21,249 nt of DNA from Candidatus Sulfobium sp. (GTDB lineage: Bacteria; Nitrospirota; Thermodesulfovibrionia; Thermodesulfovibrionales; UBA6898): contig JARRRI010000019.1 in NCBI GenBank assembly GCA_037380845.1, positions 1-21,249 of the forward strand. Reading direction: 5' to 3'. Position 1 is the first letter of the stretch. Every line of letters starts with the position of its first letter. The translations under genes were made by a program, and so were the position numbers. Shown here piece by piece: positions 12,752 through 20,033 of this stretch. A model generated the notes under the pieces. That model saw only the letters and a program-made list of their open reading frames with translations, was not told the DNA's origin and made no database searches.

Positions 12752-15194
12752 TATATTCCTGCTTGCGCTGGTGGTCTTTATCATCTCCCTTATCATCACG
12801 CTGAACATATTCTTCCAGCAGACCTATCAGAGCGAAATGGCCGAGCAGTTCAACAGCCAGCAGCTGATCATTGCCAAGTCAGTGGCGAAAAACATCGAAG
12901 ACGAGATGCATCATGTCGAGGCCGAGACGCTGTCCCTTGCCAGGCTGCTTTCGCGGGAGGGATTGAACGGAAGGAACCTGGGGGAGTCGGTATATACCGC
13001 CTATGTCGATCTGAGTGAGGATTCCGATGTGGATGTCATCGTGATGGACGCCGGTGAAAAGGTAAGGTTCAGCTCTCTTGGTGAGGCAGCCGATAACGGA
13101 CTGCGCAGGTTTTTTGACCTGGCGAAACAATCTCCTTCCGGCAAAGTCAGGTTCGTGGATATGCTTGAAAAGAGCAGAGAGATTGTGATAGTGACACCTA
13201 TTGTCGGGCATGGGGAGTTCAAAGGCGCCCTGATCGTGGATATGCCGATAGATGTAATAAACAAGAAATTCCTTGCACCCATAAAAGCCGGTATCAGGGG
13301 GCACGCGTGGATGATGGACAGCGAGGGCACCCTGCTTTATCACCCCACCCAGCCGGAGATGGTCGGAAGGAACCTTTACAAGGTCGACGCCTCATGCTTC
13401 AAGTGCCACAAGTCTTTTGACGTGGAGAAGAAGATCCTGGAGAGCGGAGATATAGGGTTCAGCTCGTACATCGCGCCGTACGGGGAGGACAAGCTGATAG
13501 CCTTTTCGAGGGCACGGATTTCCAGCATGTCCTGGATTGTCTGTGTATCGATTCCTTATTCCGAGGTGACCTTCAGTATAAGGAACAGCATGAAATTGCA
13601 TTCATTGCTTGTGATTTCAATCTTTCTGGCAACACTGACCGGCGCCGTTGCGATCGTGCTGATGAACAGACAGAGGACCAAGGCGGAGGAGAAGGCGAAG
13701 CATCTTGAGACGCAGAGACAGCTGGAAAAGGAAATAGTCGAGGCCAAGGATTACCTGGAAAATATTCTCGAAAGTACCGAGTCGAAAATCATGGTGCTCG
13801 ATAAGGGCCTGCAGGTCAGGACCGTCAATTCGGCCTATGAGAGGCTTTCCGGGGTCACCAAGCAGGACGTCGTCGGAAAGAGCTTCTTCGAAGTCTTCCC
13901 GGTTGGAGCCGACCGGGACAAGTTCGCCGATATCCTCGAAAAGTGCCTTGCGGGGGACAGCCACCGGTTAAGCAATTATCCCTTCCGCAGGGCCGGCTCG
14001 GTGCTGCATCTGAATATCAGCCTCAACCCGCTCATCCTTCACGGACAGATAGAGGGCGTCATACTGTCCAACAGCGACGTAACTGAGGAAGTAAAGCTCA
14101 AGACCAAGATCCAGGAATATGCCGTCAGGCTTGAAGAGATGGTCGTTCACAGAACGGATGAACTGGAGGAGGAGAAGGAAAAGCTTGACGCCATCGTGAG
14201 CGCGATCGAGGGGGGGCTTTTCGTGATGGACAGTTCCGACAGACGCATCCTCTGGGCCAACAGGACATTGCTCGAATGGCTCGGCGCCGAAAAGGTCGAC
14301 GAACTGAAGCCGGAGGCGGTCTGCTCGGAAGAGGTCTTTAAACTGCCTATTGACAAGGCGCTTGATTCCAGGCGGATGGTACAGGCCGTTGTGGGCGCCA
14401 GGTTCAGCGGCAAATCCGGATATTTCCAGATTACGGTCAATCCCCTGCCGGAGAGCAGCGGCCACGCGCATATCCTTGTGCTTATCCAGGACATAACGGA
14501 GATGAAAAAAATAGAGGAGAGGATGATGCATTCCGAAAAACTCTCCGCCCTGGCGAGGATCTCCGCCGGGGTCGCACACGAGATAGGCAATCCGCTTACT
14601 TCCATCTCTTCTTATGTGCAGATACTCAGGGAGATGGACCACGACGAGTTCACAAAGGAGAGCCTGGATACGGTCGCAAAGCATATCAACCGGATCGCCG
14701 ACATCGTCATGCAGATGTCCAGCTTCTCGAAGACAAGGCCCTCCGAGCTCCGGCACCACGATGTCCGTGGACTTGTGGACATGACTCTTGACCTCGTAAA
14801 ATATGATAAACGGATGAAGAACATACAGACTGGGATAGATATCCCCCCCGATCTGCCCCAGGTCGTCGTCGATGAAACCCAGTTTATCCAGGTTCTCATG
14901 AATATTGTCCTCAACGCCGCCGACGTCATGCCCCAGGGTGGAACGCTGGATATTGCGGCGACCGCGATGGAGAAGGAAGTGGAAATATCCATTGCGGATT
15001 CCGGGCCCGGAATATCTGCCGAACATATGGAAAAGATTTTCGACCCGTTCTTTACGACGAAGGAAAAGGGCACCGGGCTTGGCCTCGCGGTCAGCTATAG
15101 TATAATCAAGGGGTACCAGGGAGATATCCTGGTGGAAAACAAGCCCGGCGGCGGAACTATTTTCAGGGTGAGGTTACCGTTTTATGAAAGCTGA
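12741..15194 (+). CDS. Membrane sensor histidine kinase: TM-dCache (with CxxCH)-TM-PAS-PAS-HisKA-HATPase
   Basis: Start ATG 12741 after SD GGAGGAGG. TM1 IFLLALVVFIISLIITLNIFF; Cache-like GHAWMMDSEGTLLYHP and WIVCVSIPYSEV; CFKCH at 13395-13409; TM2; two PAS-like segments; H-box AGVAHEIGNPL; DSGPGI, FDPFFTTK, GTGLGL. Confidence 0.95.
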   Translation: MKANIFLLALVVFIISLIITLNIFFQQTYQSEMAEQFNSQQLIIAKSVAKNIEDEMHHVEAETLSLARLLSREGLNGRNLGESVYTAYVDLSEDSDVDVIVMDAGEKVRFSSLGEAADNGLRRFFDLAKQSPSGKVRFVDMLEKSREIVIVTPIVGHGEFKGALIVDMPIDVINKKFLAPIKAGIRGHAWMMDSEGTLLYHPTQPEMVGRNLYKVDASCFKCHKSFDVEKKILESGDIGFSSYIAPYGEDKLIAFSRARISSMSWIVCVSIPYSEVTFSIRNSMKLHSLLVISIFLATLTGAVAIVLMNRQRTKAEEKAKHLETQRQLEKEIVEAKDYLENILESTESKIMVLDKGLQVRTVNSAYERLSGVTKQDVVGKSFFEVFPVGADRDKFADILEKCLAGDSHRLSNYPFRRAGSVLHLNISLNPLILHGQIEGVILSNSDVTEEVKLKTKIQEYAVRLEEMVVHRTDELEEEKEKLDAIVSAIEGGLFVMDSSDRRILWANRTLLEWLGAEKVDELKPEAVCSEEVFKLPIDKALDSRRMVQAVVGARFSGKSGYFQITVNPLPESSGHAHILVLIQDITEMKKIEERMMHSEKLSALARISAGVAHEIGNPLTSISSYVQILREMDHDEFTKESLDTVAKHINRIADIVMQMSSFSKTRPSELRHHDVRGLVDMTLDLVKYDKRMKNIQTGIDIPPDLPQVVVDETQFIQVLMNIVLNAADVMPQGGTLDIAATAMEKEVEISIADSGPGISAEHMEKIFDPFFTTKEKGTGLGLAVSYSIIKGYQGDILVENKPGGGTIFRVRLPFYES

Positions 15195-16542
15195 TGCATA
15201 CAGGATACTTGTGGTAGACGATGAGAGGGATATCTGCAAGGCCCTGGAGTTCCTGCTGTCCAGGGAAGGATACAGGATCACCGCGGCCGGCAGCGGCGAG
15301 GAGGCCCTGAGAAAGATCGAGGCGGAAGATTTTGACCTGGTCATCACCGATTTAAAGATGGAGGGGATAGACGGGATGCAGGTCCTTGAAAAAGCCCTTG
15401 TGATGAACCCGAACCTGATAGTAATCATCATGACGGCTTTTGCATCGGTGGAGTCGGCCGTGAAGGCGATGAAAAAAGGGGCGAGCGATTATATCGTCAA
15501 ACCCTTCATCAATGAAGACGTGAAGATGACGGTGAAGAGGCTCCTGGAACACAAGAAGGTCCTCATGGAGAACCTCGTGCTGCGTCAGCAGCTGAGCCAG
15601 CAGTTCGGCTGTCGCGAATTTGTGGGAGTTTCGTCGCAGATGTTCAAGGTCTTCGAGGTGCTGGAGAAGGTAATTCCAACAAGGAGCAGTATCCTCATCC
15701 TGGGTGAAAGCGGCACCGGCAAGGGGCTGATCGCCGAGATAGTCCATTGCAACAGTCAGAGGAAGGACAAACCCTTCATCTCGATAAACTGTTCGGCCAT
15801 ACCGGAGAACCTTCTGGAGAGCGAGCTCTTTGGCTACCGGAAAGGGGCTTTCACAGGAGCCGCCTCGGACAAGAAAGGCCTGATTACCATGGCCGATCAG
15901 GGCACTCTGTTTCTCGACGAGATAGGCGACATGCCGCTTGGCCTGCAGGCCAAAATGCTCAAGGTGATCGAAACCGGGGAAGTGCTCCCCCTGGGAGAAA
16001 CGAAATCGAAATTCGTCGATGTAAGGCTTGTCGCCGCCACGAACAAGAACCTCGAGGAGCAGATCAGGCAGGGGCTGTTCAGGGAGGATCTTTACTACCG
16101 CCTTAATGTGATCGAAGTGAAAATCCCTCCGCTGAGAGAACGGCGCGAAGACATCGATGTCCTTGCCAGACATTTCGTAGAGAAATACGGCAGGGAGGCT
16201 AACAAGAAGGTCTGCGGGATAACCGACGATGCTATGGAGGTATTGCACCGGTATAACTGGCCGGGCAATATAAGAGAGCTCAGGAACGTGGTGGAGCGCG
16301 CTGTTGTCCTGGCGGGGTCGGAGCAGATAGGACTTGCCGAGTTGCCCGAGAAGATCAAGTCACAGGACGGCGGCAGGAACGTCAGTACCCTGAAGGACAG
16401 ACTGGACCATTACGAGGAGAAGATCATAAAGGACGCTCTGGAAGCCCACGAGTGGAACAAAGAAGAAACTTCGGAGGAACTGGGGGTCGACCTTGCCACC
16501 CTCTACCGCAAGATCAAGAAACTCGGCATTGCGGAGCGGTAA
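15184..16542 (+). CDS. Sigma54-dependent response regulator, NtrC/AtoC family (REC-AAA+-HTH)
   Basis: ILVVDDE, DLVITDLKM, KPF, Walker A GESGTGKG, ESELFG, GAFTGA, LFLDEIGDM, FREDLYYRLNV, WPGNIRELRN, C-terminal HTH TLYRKIKKLGI. Confidence 0.97.
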   Translation: MKADAYRILVVDDERDICKALEFLLSREGYRITAAGSGEEALRKIEAEDFDLVITDLKMEGIDGMQVLEKALVMNPNLIVIIMTAFASVESAVKAMKKGASDYIVKPFINEDVKMTVKRLLEHKKVLMENLVLRQQLSQQFGCREFVGVSSQMFKVFEVLEKVIPTRSSILILGESGTGKGLIAEIVHCNSQRKDKPFISINCSAIPENLLESELFGYRKGAFTGAASDKKGLITMADQGTLFLDEIGDMPLGLQAKMLKVIETGEVLPLGETKSKFVDVRLVAATNKNLEEQIRQGLFREDLYYRLNVIEVKIPPLRERREDIDVLARHFVEKYGREANKKVCGITDDAMEVLHRYNWPGNIRELRNVVERAVVLAGSEQIGLAELPEKIKSQDGGRNVSTLKDRLDHYEEKIIKDALEAHEWNKEETSEELGVDLATLYRKIKKLGIAER

Positions 16543-16761
16543 AGGGAAGCAGACATCTTTTGTGGAGAAACCGCTCGCACCTCTGTCCCGTCCTTTACTA
16601 TGGCCCTGCGCGAAGCCTTATGAATAATGTGGCTATAGGGCTGGAAGGCGGGCAATAAGACGATTTCTCGCCGGCTTGCATGCTTTCCGGGTATATTAGC
16701 CGTAAGGCCGACTCCTCTCTTTCCACTTGCCCGGAGTCTTTTTAAAGGAGGTGTTTAGAAC

Positions 16762-16790
16762 TTGACACGCCTTCAGACCAGTGATAGATT
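16762..16790 (+). promoter_or_regulatory. Sigma70-type promoter for the riboswitch/SBP56 transcript
   Basis: TTGACA (16762-16767), 17-bp spacer, TAGATT (16785-16790) with extended -10 TG at 16782-16783. Predicted TSS is about 16797. Confidence 0.7.
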
Positions 16791-16823
16791 TTGATCAAGA
16801 GATCGAATCTTAATAGACAGAGG

Positions 16824-16902
16824 TCCCGATAAGGCTCACCCCTCCGCGAGGAGGGCACGGAAAGTGACGGGTCTCATGAGAGACGGCCGGGCTGCCGAAG
16901 GA
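16824..16902 (+). ncRNA. GEMM-I (c-di-GMP-I / cyclic AMP-GMP class) riboswitch aptamer
   Basis: CG-ATAAGG-CT..CCCTCC-GCGA-GGAGGG-CACGG-AAAG-TGACGG-GTCTC-ATGA-GAGAC-GGCCGGGCTGCCGAA. Shows P2 with a GNRA tetraloop, the conserved AAAG junction, P3 and the 3' GCCGGG.TGCCGAA tail typical of GEMM-I RNAs. Confidence 0.9.
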
Positions 16903-16930
16903 AAATGGGCGGTTCGGCTTCGTGTTTTTT
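16886..16930 (+). terminator. Riboswitch expression-platform terminator, mutually exclusive with the aptamer
   Basis: GCCGGGCTGCC (16886-16896) pairs with GGCGGTTCGGC (16908-16918), followed by TTCGTGTTTTTT. The left arm is the aptamer's 3' strand. Confidence 0.75.
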
Positions 16931-16989
16931 GGAGAACATCATTTAACCATAAGTCCTCAAGGGGGGGCAAAAGAAGGAGGAGGGATCCA

Positions 16990-18306
16990 ATGAAAAGATC
17001 ACTGTCCATAATTGCTATAGTCCTTTGTGTTGCGATGGTATTGGTTTCCTGCAAAAAACAGATGGCTGAGCAGGATAAGGCAAAACCGGCGGCAATGCAG
17101 CGTGAAAAGCTTCTCTATGCGGCCTGCGTGAATGTGGGCAAAGAGGACCCGGATTTTGTGGCGGTTGTCGGGGTGGATCCCGCCGATCCGTCTACGTACG
17201 GCAAGATCATCCACCGGGTGGACATGCTCAAGGCAGGAGATGAGCTTCATCATTTCGGATACAATCACGACAGGACATATCTTATGGTGCCGGGGCTGTT
17301 TTCGGGAAGGATCTATATCGTCGACGTGTCAGACCCCAAAAAACCCTTTGTAAAGAGCGTCAATGAAGACCTTACGAAAAAGAGCGGATATACGACCCCG
17401 CATACCGTCATCGGGCTCGAAAACGGCAACAACCTGGTGACCATGATCGGTGCAAATTCGGCATCGACGGCCCCCGGGGGAGTGGTCGAGGTAAACGGTG
17501 ATACAGGCGAATTTGTGCGGGCCTTCGGACCGGCTGCCGAAAGGGACTTCGAAAGGATACCGCCGCAATATATGTACGATGCCGGCATAAAGCCTGAGCT
17601 CAACCGAATGGTGACGACATCCTTCGGATTGCCGAAAGACGTCGCTCCCGGCATCACTGTCGACAGACTGGGCACCGATGTGTACATCTGGGACTGGAAA
17701 AAGCAAAAGGTCATACAGACCGGAAATATCGGAGCGGGTACCGGCGCCCTGGAAGTGCGCTGGAGGGCCGAGAAGGGTTCGACCGTGGGTTACACCAACG
17801 CGCCGGGCTCGGATGAGATATGGGCGTGGGACGACCTTGACGGTGATGGAAAGTACACCTTCAGGCCGGTCGTAAAATTGCCCAAAGGATCGGTCCCCAC
17901 GGACATGCTGCTCACCGATGACGACAAATACATGTACGTATCGAACTGGATGGGAAATAACGTTCAACAGTACAACGTCGAAGACCCGCTTCATCCCGTC
18001 CTGGTCAGCCAGGTAGAGATCCCTTATGCCCAGATGCTGCGGATAAGCCCCGACAAGAAAAGGCTCTATGTGACGAACAGCCTTTTGAGCAGCTGGGATG
18101 ACACCGAGCTTCCGAAGGGTGTAACGCGAAACAGCAGGTACGGCATCTTCCTGGTGGACGTGGACCACGAGAATGGTGGAATGACATTGAACAAGGATTT
18201 CCATGTCGACATGATGCACGTGCAAAAGAAGAATACCAAAGGGCCGGCAAGACCGCACATGATGCTCTTCGGGCCGTCCATCAAGTCGCCCTTTGGACAC
18301 CATTAA
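16990..18306 (+). CDS. Lipoprotein of the SBP56 selenium-binding protein / methanethiol oxidase family (beta-propeller)
   Basis: Start ATG 16990 after SD AAGGAGG. Signal peptide with lipobox LVS-C (Cys21). PDFVAVVGVDP..STYGKIIHRV, GDELHHFGYN, LMVPGLFSGRIYIVD, PHT, YD, ALEVR, TDMLLTDDDKYMYVSNW, QMLRISPDKKRLYVTNSLLSSWD. Confidence 0.88.
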   Translation: MKRSLSIIAIVLCVAMVLVSCKKQMAEQDKAKPAAMQREKLLYAACVNVGKEDPDFVAVVGVDPADPSTYGKIIHRVDMLKAGDELHHFGYNHDRTYLMVPGLFSGRIYIVDVSDPKKPFVKSVNEDLTKKSGYTTPHTVIGLENGNNLVTMIGANSASTAPGGVVEVNGDTGEFVRAFGPAAERDFERIPPQYMYDAGIKPELNRMVTTSFGLPKDVAPGITVDRLGTDVYIWDWKKQKVIQTGNIGAGTGALEVRWRAEKGSTVGYTNAPGSDEIWAWDDLDGDGKYTFRPVVKLPKGSVPTDMLLTDDDKYMYVSNWMGNNVQQYNVEDPLHPVLVSQVEIPYAQMLRISPDKKRLYVTNSLLSSWDDTELPKGVTRNSRYGIFLVDVDHENGGMTLNKDFHVDMMHVQKKNTKGPARPHMMLFGPSIKSPFGHH

Positions 18307-18313
18307 ACCTTGA

Positions 18314-18396
18314 CCTTGTACAAGGAGAGGGCGGGCACGCATAACGTTGCGGAGCCGCACAAAATATGGTTTTTTTCTGCACACCCCGCCCTCTCC
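18314..18396. repeat. Palindrome plus 12-bp inverted repeat in the SBP56-oxidase spacer
   Basis: Perfect palindrome CCTTGTACAAGG (18314-18325). GGAGAGGGCGGG (18324-18335) / CCCGCCCTCTCC (18385-18396) encloses a small TGCGG-AG-CCGCA inverted repeat and a T-tract. Confidence 0.55.
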
Positions 18397-18445
18397 CTCA
18401 CTTGCCTGTCACACGCAGGCGGAAAAATGGAGAGGAGGTGGAATG

Positions 18446-19885
18446 ATGGCTGATTTGCCCGTGGCAGACAGTTCCGGAAGCAGGTCCGTCCTTAAGAAGG
18501 CGGCACTGGAGGAATTCAGGTCGGGACTGCACGGCAGGATTATTTTGCCAGGCGAGAGCGCGTACGAAGGTGCAAGAAAAATCTGGAATGGGATGATCGA
18601 CAGAAAGCCCGGCCTCATAGTGCAATGCCGTGGGGCGGATGACGTGATTTCGTGCATAAACCTGGCCCGCGAGGAAGATATTCTCCTTGCCGTACGAGGT
18701 GGTGGACACAATGTGGCCGGAAACGCCGTCTGTGAAGGCGGTCTGGTTATTGACCTGTCGGAAATGCGGTCCGTGAGGACGGATGTAAATAACCACGTAG
18801 TTCACATAGAGGGAGGGGCTACCCTGGGAGACGTGGACCGCGAGACATCGTCTCACGGTATGGCAACACCCATGGGGGTGGTGACGGCCACCGGGTATGC
18901 AGGTCTCACTTTGCACGGCGGCATGGGCTGGCAGCTGAGAAAACACGGATTGGCATCCGATAATGTTCTCGGGGTGGACATCGTCACCGCCGACGGCAGC
19001 CTGCTAAGGGCGAATGCCGGGGAGAACCCTGATCTGTTCTGGGCGGTCCGTGGAGGGGGCGGGAACTTCGGGGTCGTAACATCCTTCAGTTCGGGTCTTC
19101 ACCCCGTTCCGGAGGAAGTGCTGTTTTCTGTTTTCGTTTTCAGCCTGGACAATGCGGCTGCAGTATTGCGGTTCATGCGCGACTACATGGCAGAAGCTCC
19201 GGACGAACTCATGGTGCTGGCTGCTCTCTGGACCGCCCCCGACCTGCCCGACATCCCGCCGCAGCATCGCGGAAGCCACGTGTTGTTCGTGCTGGGCTGC
19301 TATATCGGTCCCCCGGGGGACGCAGAGGCTTTCGTCAAACCATTGAGAACTTGTCGTCCGACCGTCGCGGACCTGAGCAGCCGAAAGAGTTGGGTCGAAG
19401 TCCAGAAGTTTTTCGATGAAGACTACCCGCCAGGTCGAAGATATTACTGGAAATCAACCCTCATAAAGGGGCTGACTGATCCGGTCATAGAGGCGGTTGT
19501 AAGGCAGACTGCTTCGAGGCCTTCGATGCTGACCTCCATCGACATATGGCCTATGGGCGGAGCCTTCGGACGGGTCGATCCGGCGGCTACGGCCTTTGGA
19601 AGTAGAGACGTCGCCTTTACGGTCAACTATGAGTCCAACTGGGACGATGCGGACAACGACCAAGCCAACATTCAGTGGACACGGACCTCTCTCAAGGAGG
19701 TCCAGGACCTTTCCCAGGCAAGGACCTATCTGAATTTTGCCGGCTTGGCCGAGGATATGGAGAAGATGGTCCGGGGCAGTTTCGGAGACAATTTCAGCCG
19801 GCTGCAGGCGATAAAGGCAAAGTATGATCCGGCCAACCTGTTCCGTACGAATTTCAATATCAGTCCCGGGAAAAAAGGGTCTTGA
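18446..19885 (+). CDS. FAD-linked oxidoreductase, VAO/berberine-bridge-enzyme family (FAD_binding_4 + BBE)
   Basis: YEGARKIWNGMIDRKP, RGGGH covalent-flavinylation His (18707-18709), DLFWAVRGGGGNFGVVTSF, C-terminal YLNF...RLQAIKAKYDPANLFR. SD AGGAGGTG at 18433-18440; ATG 18443 is an alternative start. Confidence 0.93.
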   Translation: MADLPVADSSGSRSVLKKAALEEFRSGLHGRIILPGESAYEGARKIWNGMIDRKPGLIVQCRGADDVISCINLAREEDILLAVRGGGHNVAGNAVCEGGLVIDLSEMRSVRTDVNNHVVHIEGGATLGDVDRETSSHGMATPMGVVTATGYAGLTLHGGMGWQLRKHGLASDNVLGVDIVTADGSLLRANAGENPDLFWAVRGGGGNFGVVTSFSSGLHPVPEEVLFSVFVFSLDNAAAVLRFMRDYMAEAPDELMVLAALWTAPDLPDIPPQHRGSHVLFVLGCYIGPPGDAEAFVKPLRTCRPTVADLSSRKSWVEVQKFFDEDYPPGRRYYWKSTLIKGLTDPVIEAVVRQTASRPSMLTSIDIWPMGGAFGRVDPAATAFGSRDVAFTVNYESNWDDADNDQANIQWTRTSLKEVQDLSQARTYLNFAGLAEDMEKMVRGSFGDNFSRLQAIKAKYDPANLFRTNFNISPGKKGS

Positions 19886-19936
19886 AGGTATCTCCTCTCA
19901 TGTGATGCCCATGATCGCTGATAATATATTCAAACC

Positions 19937-19963
19937 AACCCCGGATCGACGGGGTTTCTTTTT
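19937..19963 (+). terminator. Intrinsic terminator after the FAD oxidase
   Basis: AACCCCG-GATCGA-CGGGGTT followed by TCTTTTT. Confidence 0.75.
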
Positions 19964-20033
19964 GCCGCCGCCGTCAGAGCCGAGTAAGGTCCCGGAGATG
20001 AAAATGTCTGACGACCGGAAAGGAAACTCCTGA

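Noticed and set aside
12058..16619. 11-nt direct repeat CGCGAAGCCTT (12058-12068 and 16609-16619) flanking the RNase/two-component unit
   Set aside because: It is short enough to arise by chance, and there is no integrase or transposase to support a target-site duplication.
16543..16989. Sigma54 (-24/-12) promoter for the adjacent NtrC-type regulator
   Set aside because: Manual scanning of the intergenic regions found no TGGC-N-TTGC with GG-N10-GC spacing; candidates had N8, N11 or N12. The regulator's targets are probably elsewhere.
16864..16989. N-terminal extensions in the ORF track (16864; also 3727, 7811, 12639, 18347)
   Set aside because: The extensions overlap the riboswitch, hairpins or upstream genes. 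The downstream starts have clear SDs and give proper N-termini.
16990..18306. Selenocysteine recoding in the 'selenium-binding' protein
   Set aside because: There is no in-frame TGA, and the ORF ends in TAA.
19886..20033. Guanidine, fluoride or TPP riboswitch before the DMT transporter
   Set aside because: The diagnostic motifs (twin ACGR-loop hairpins, the fluoride GATG pseudoknot, the TPP CTGAGA) are not present.
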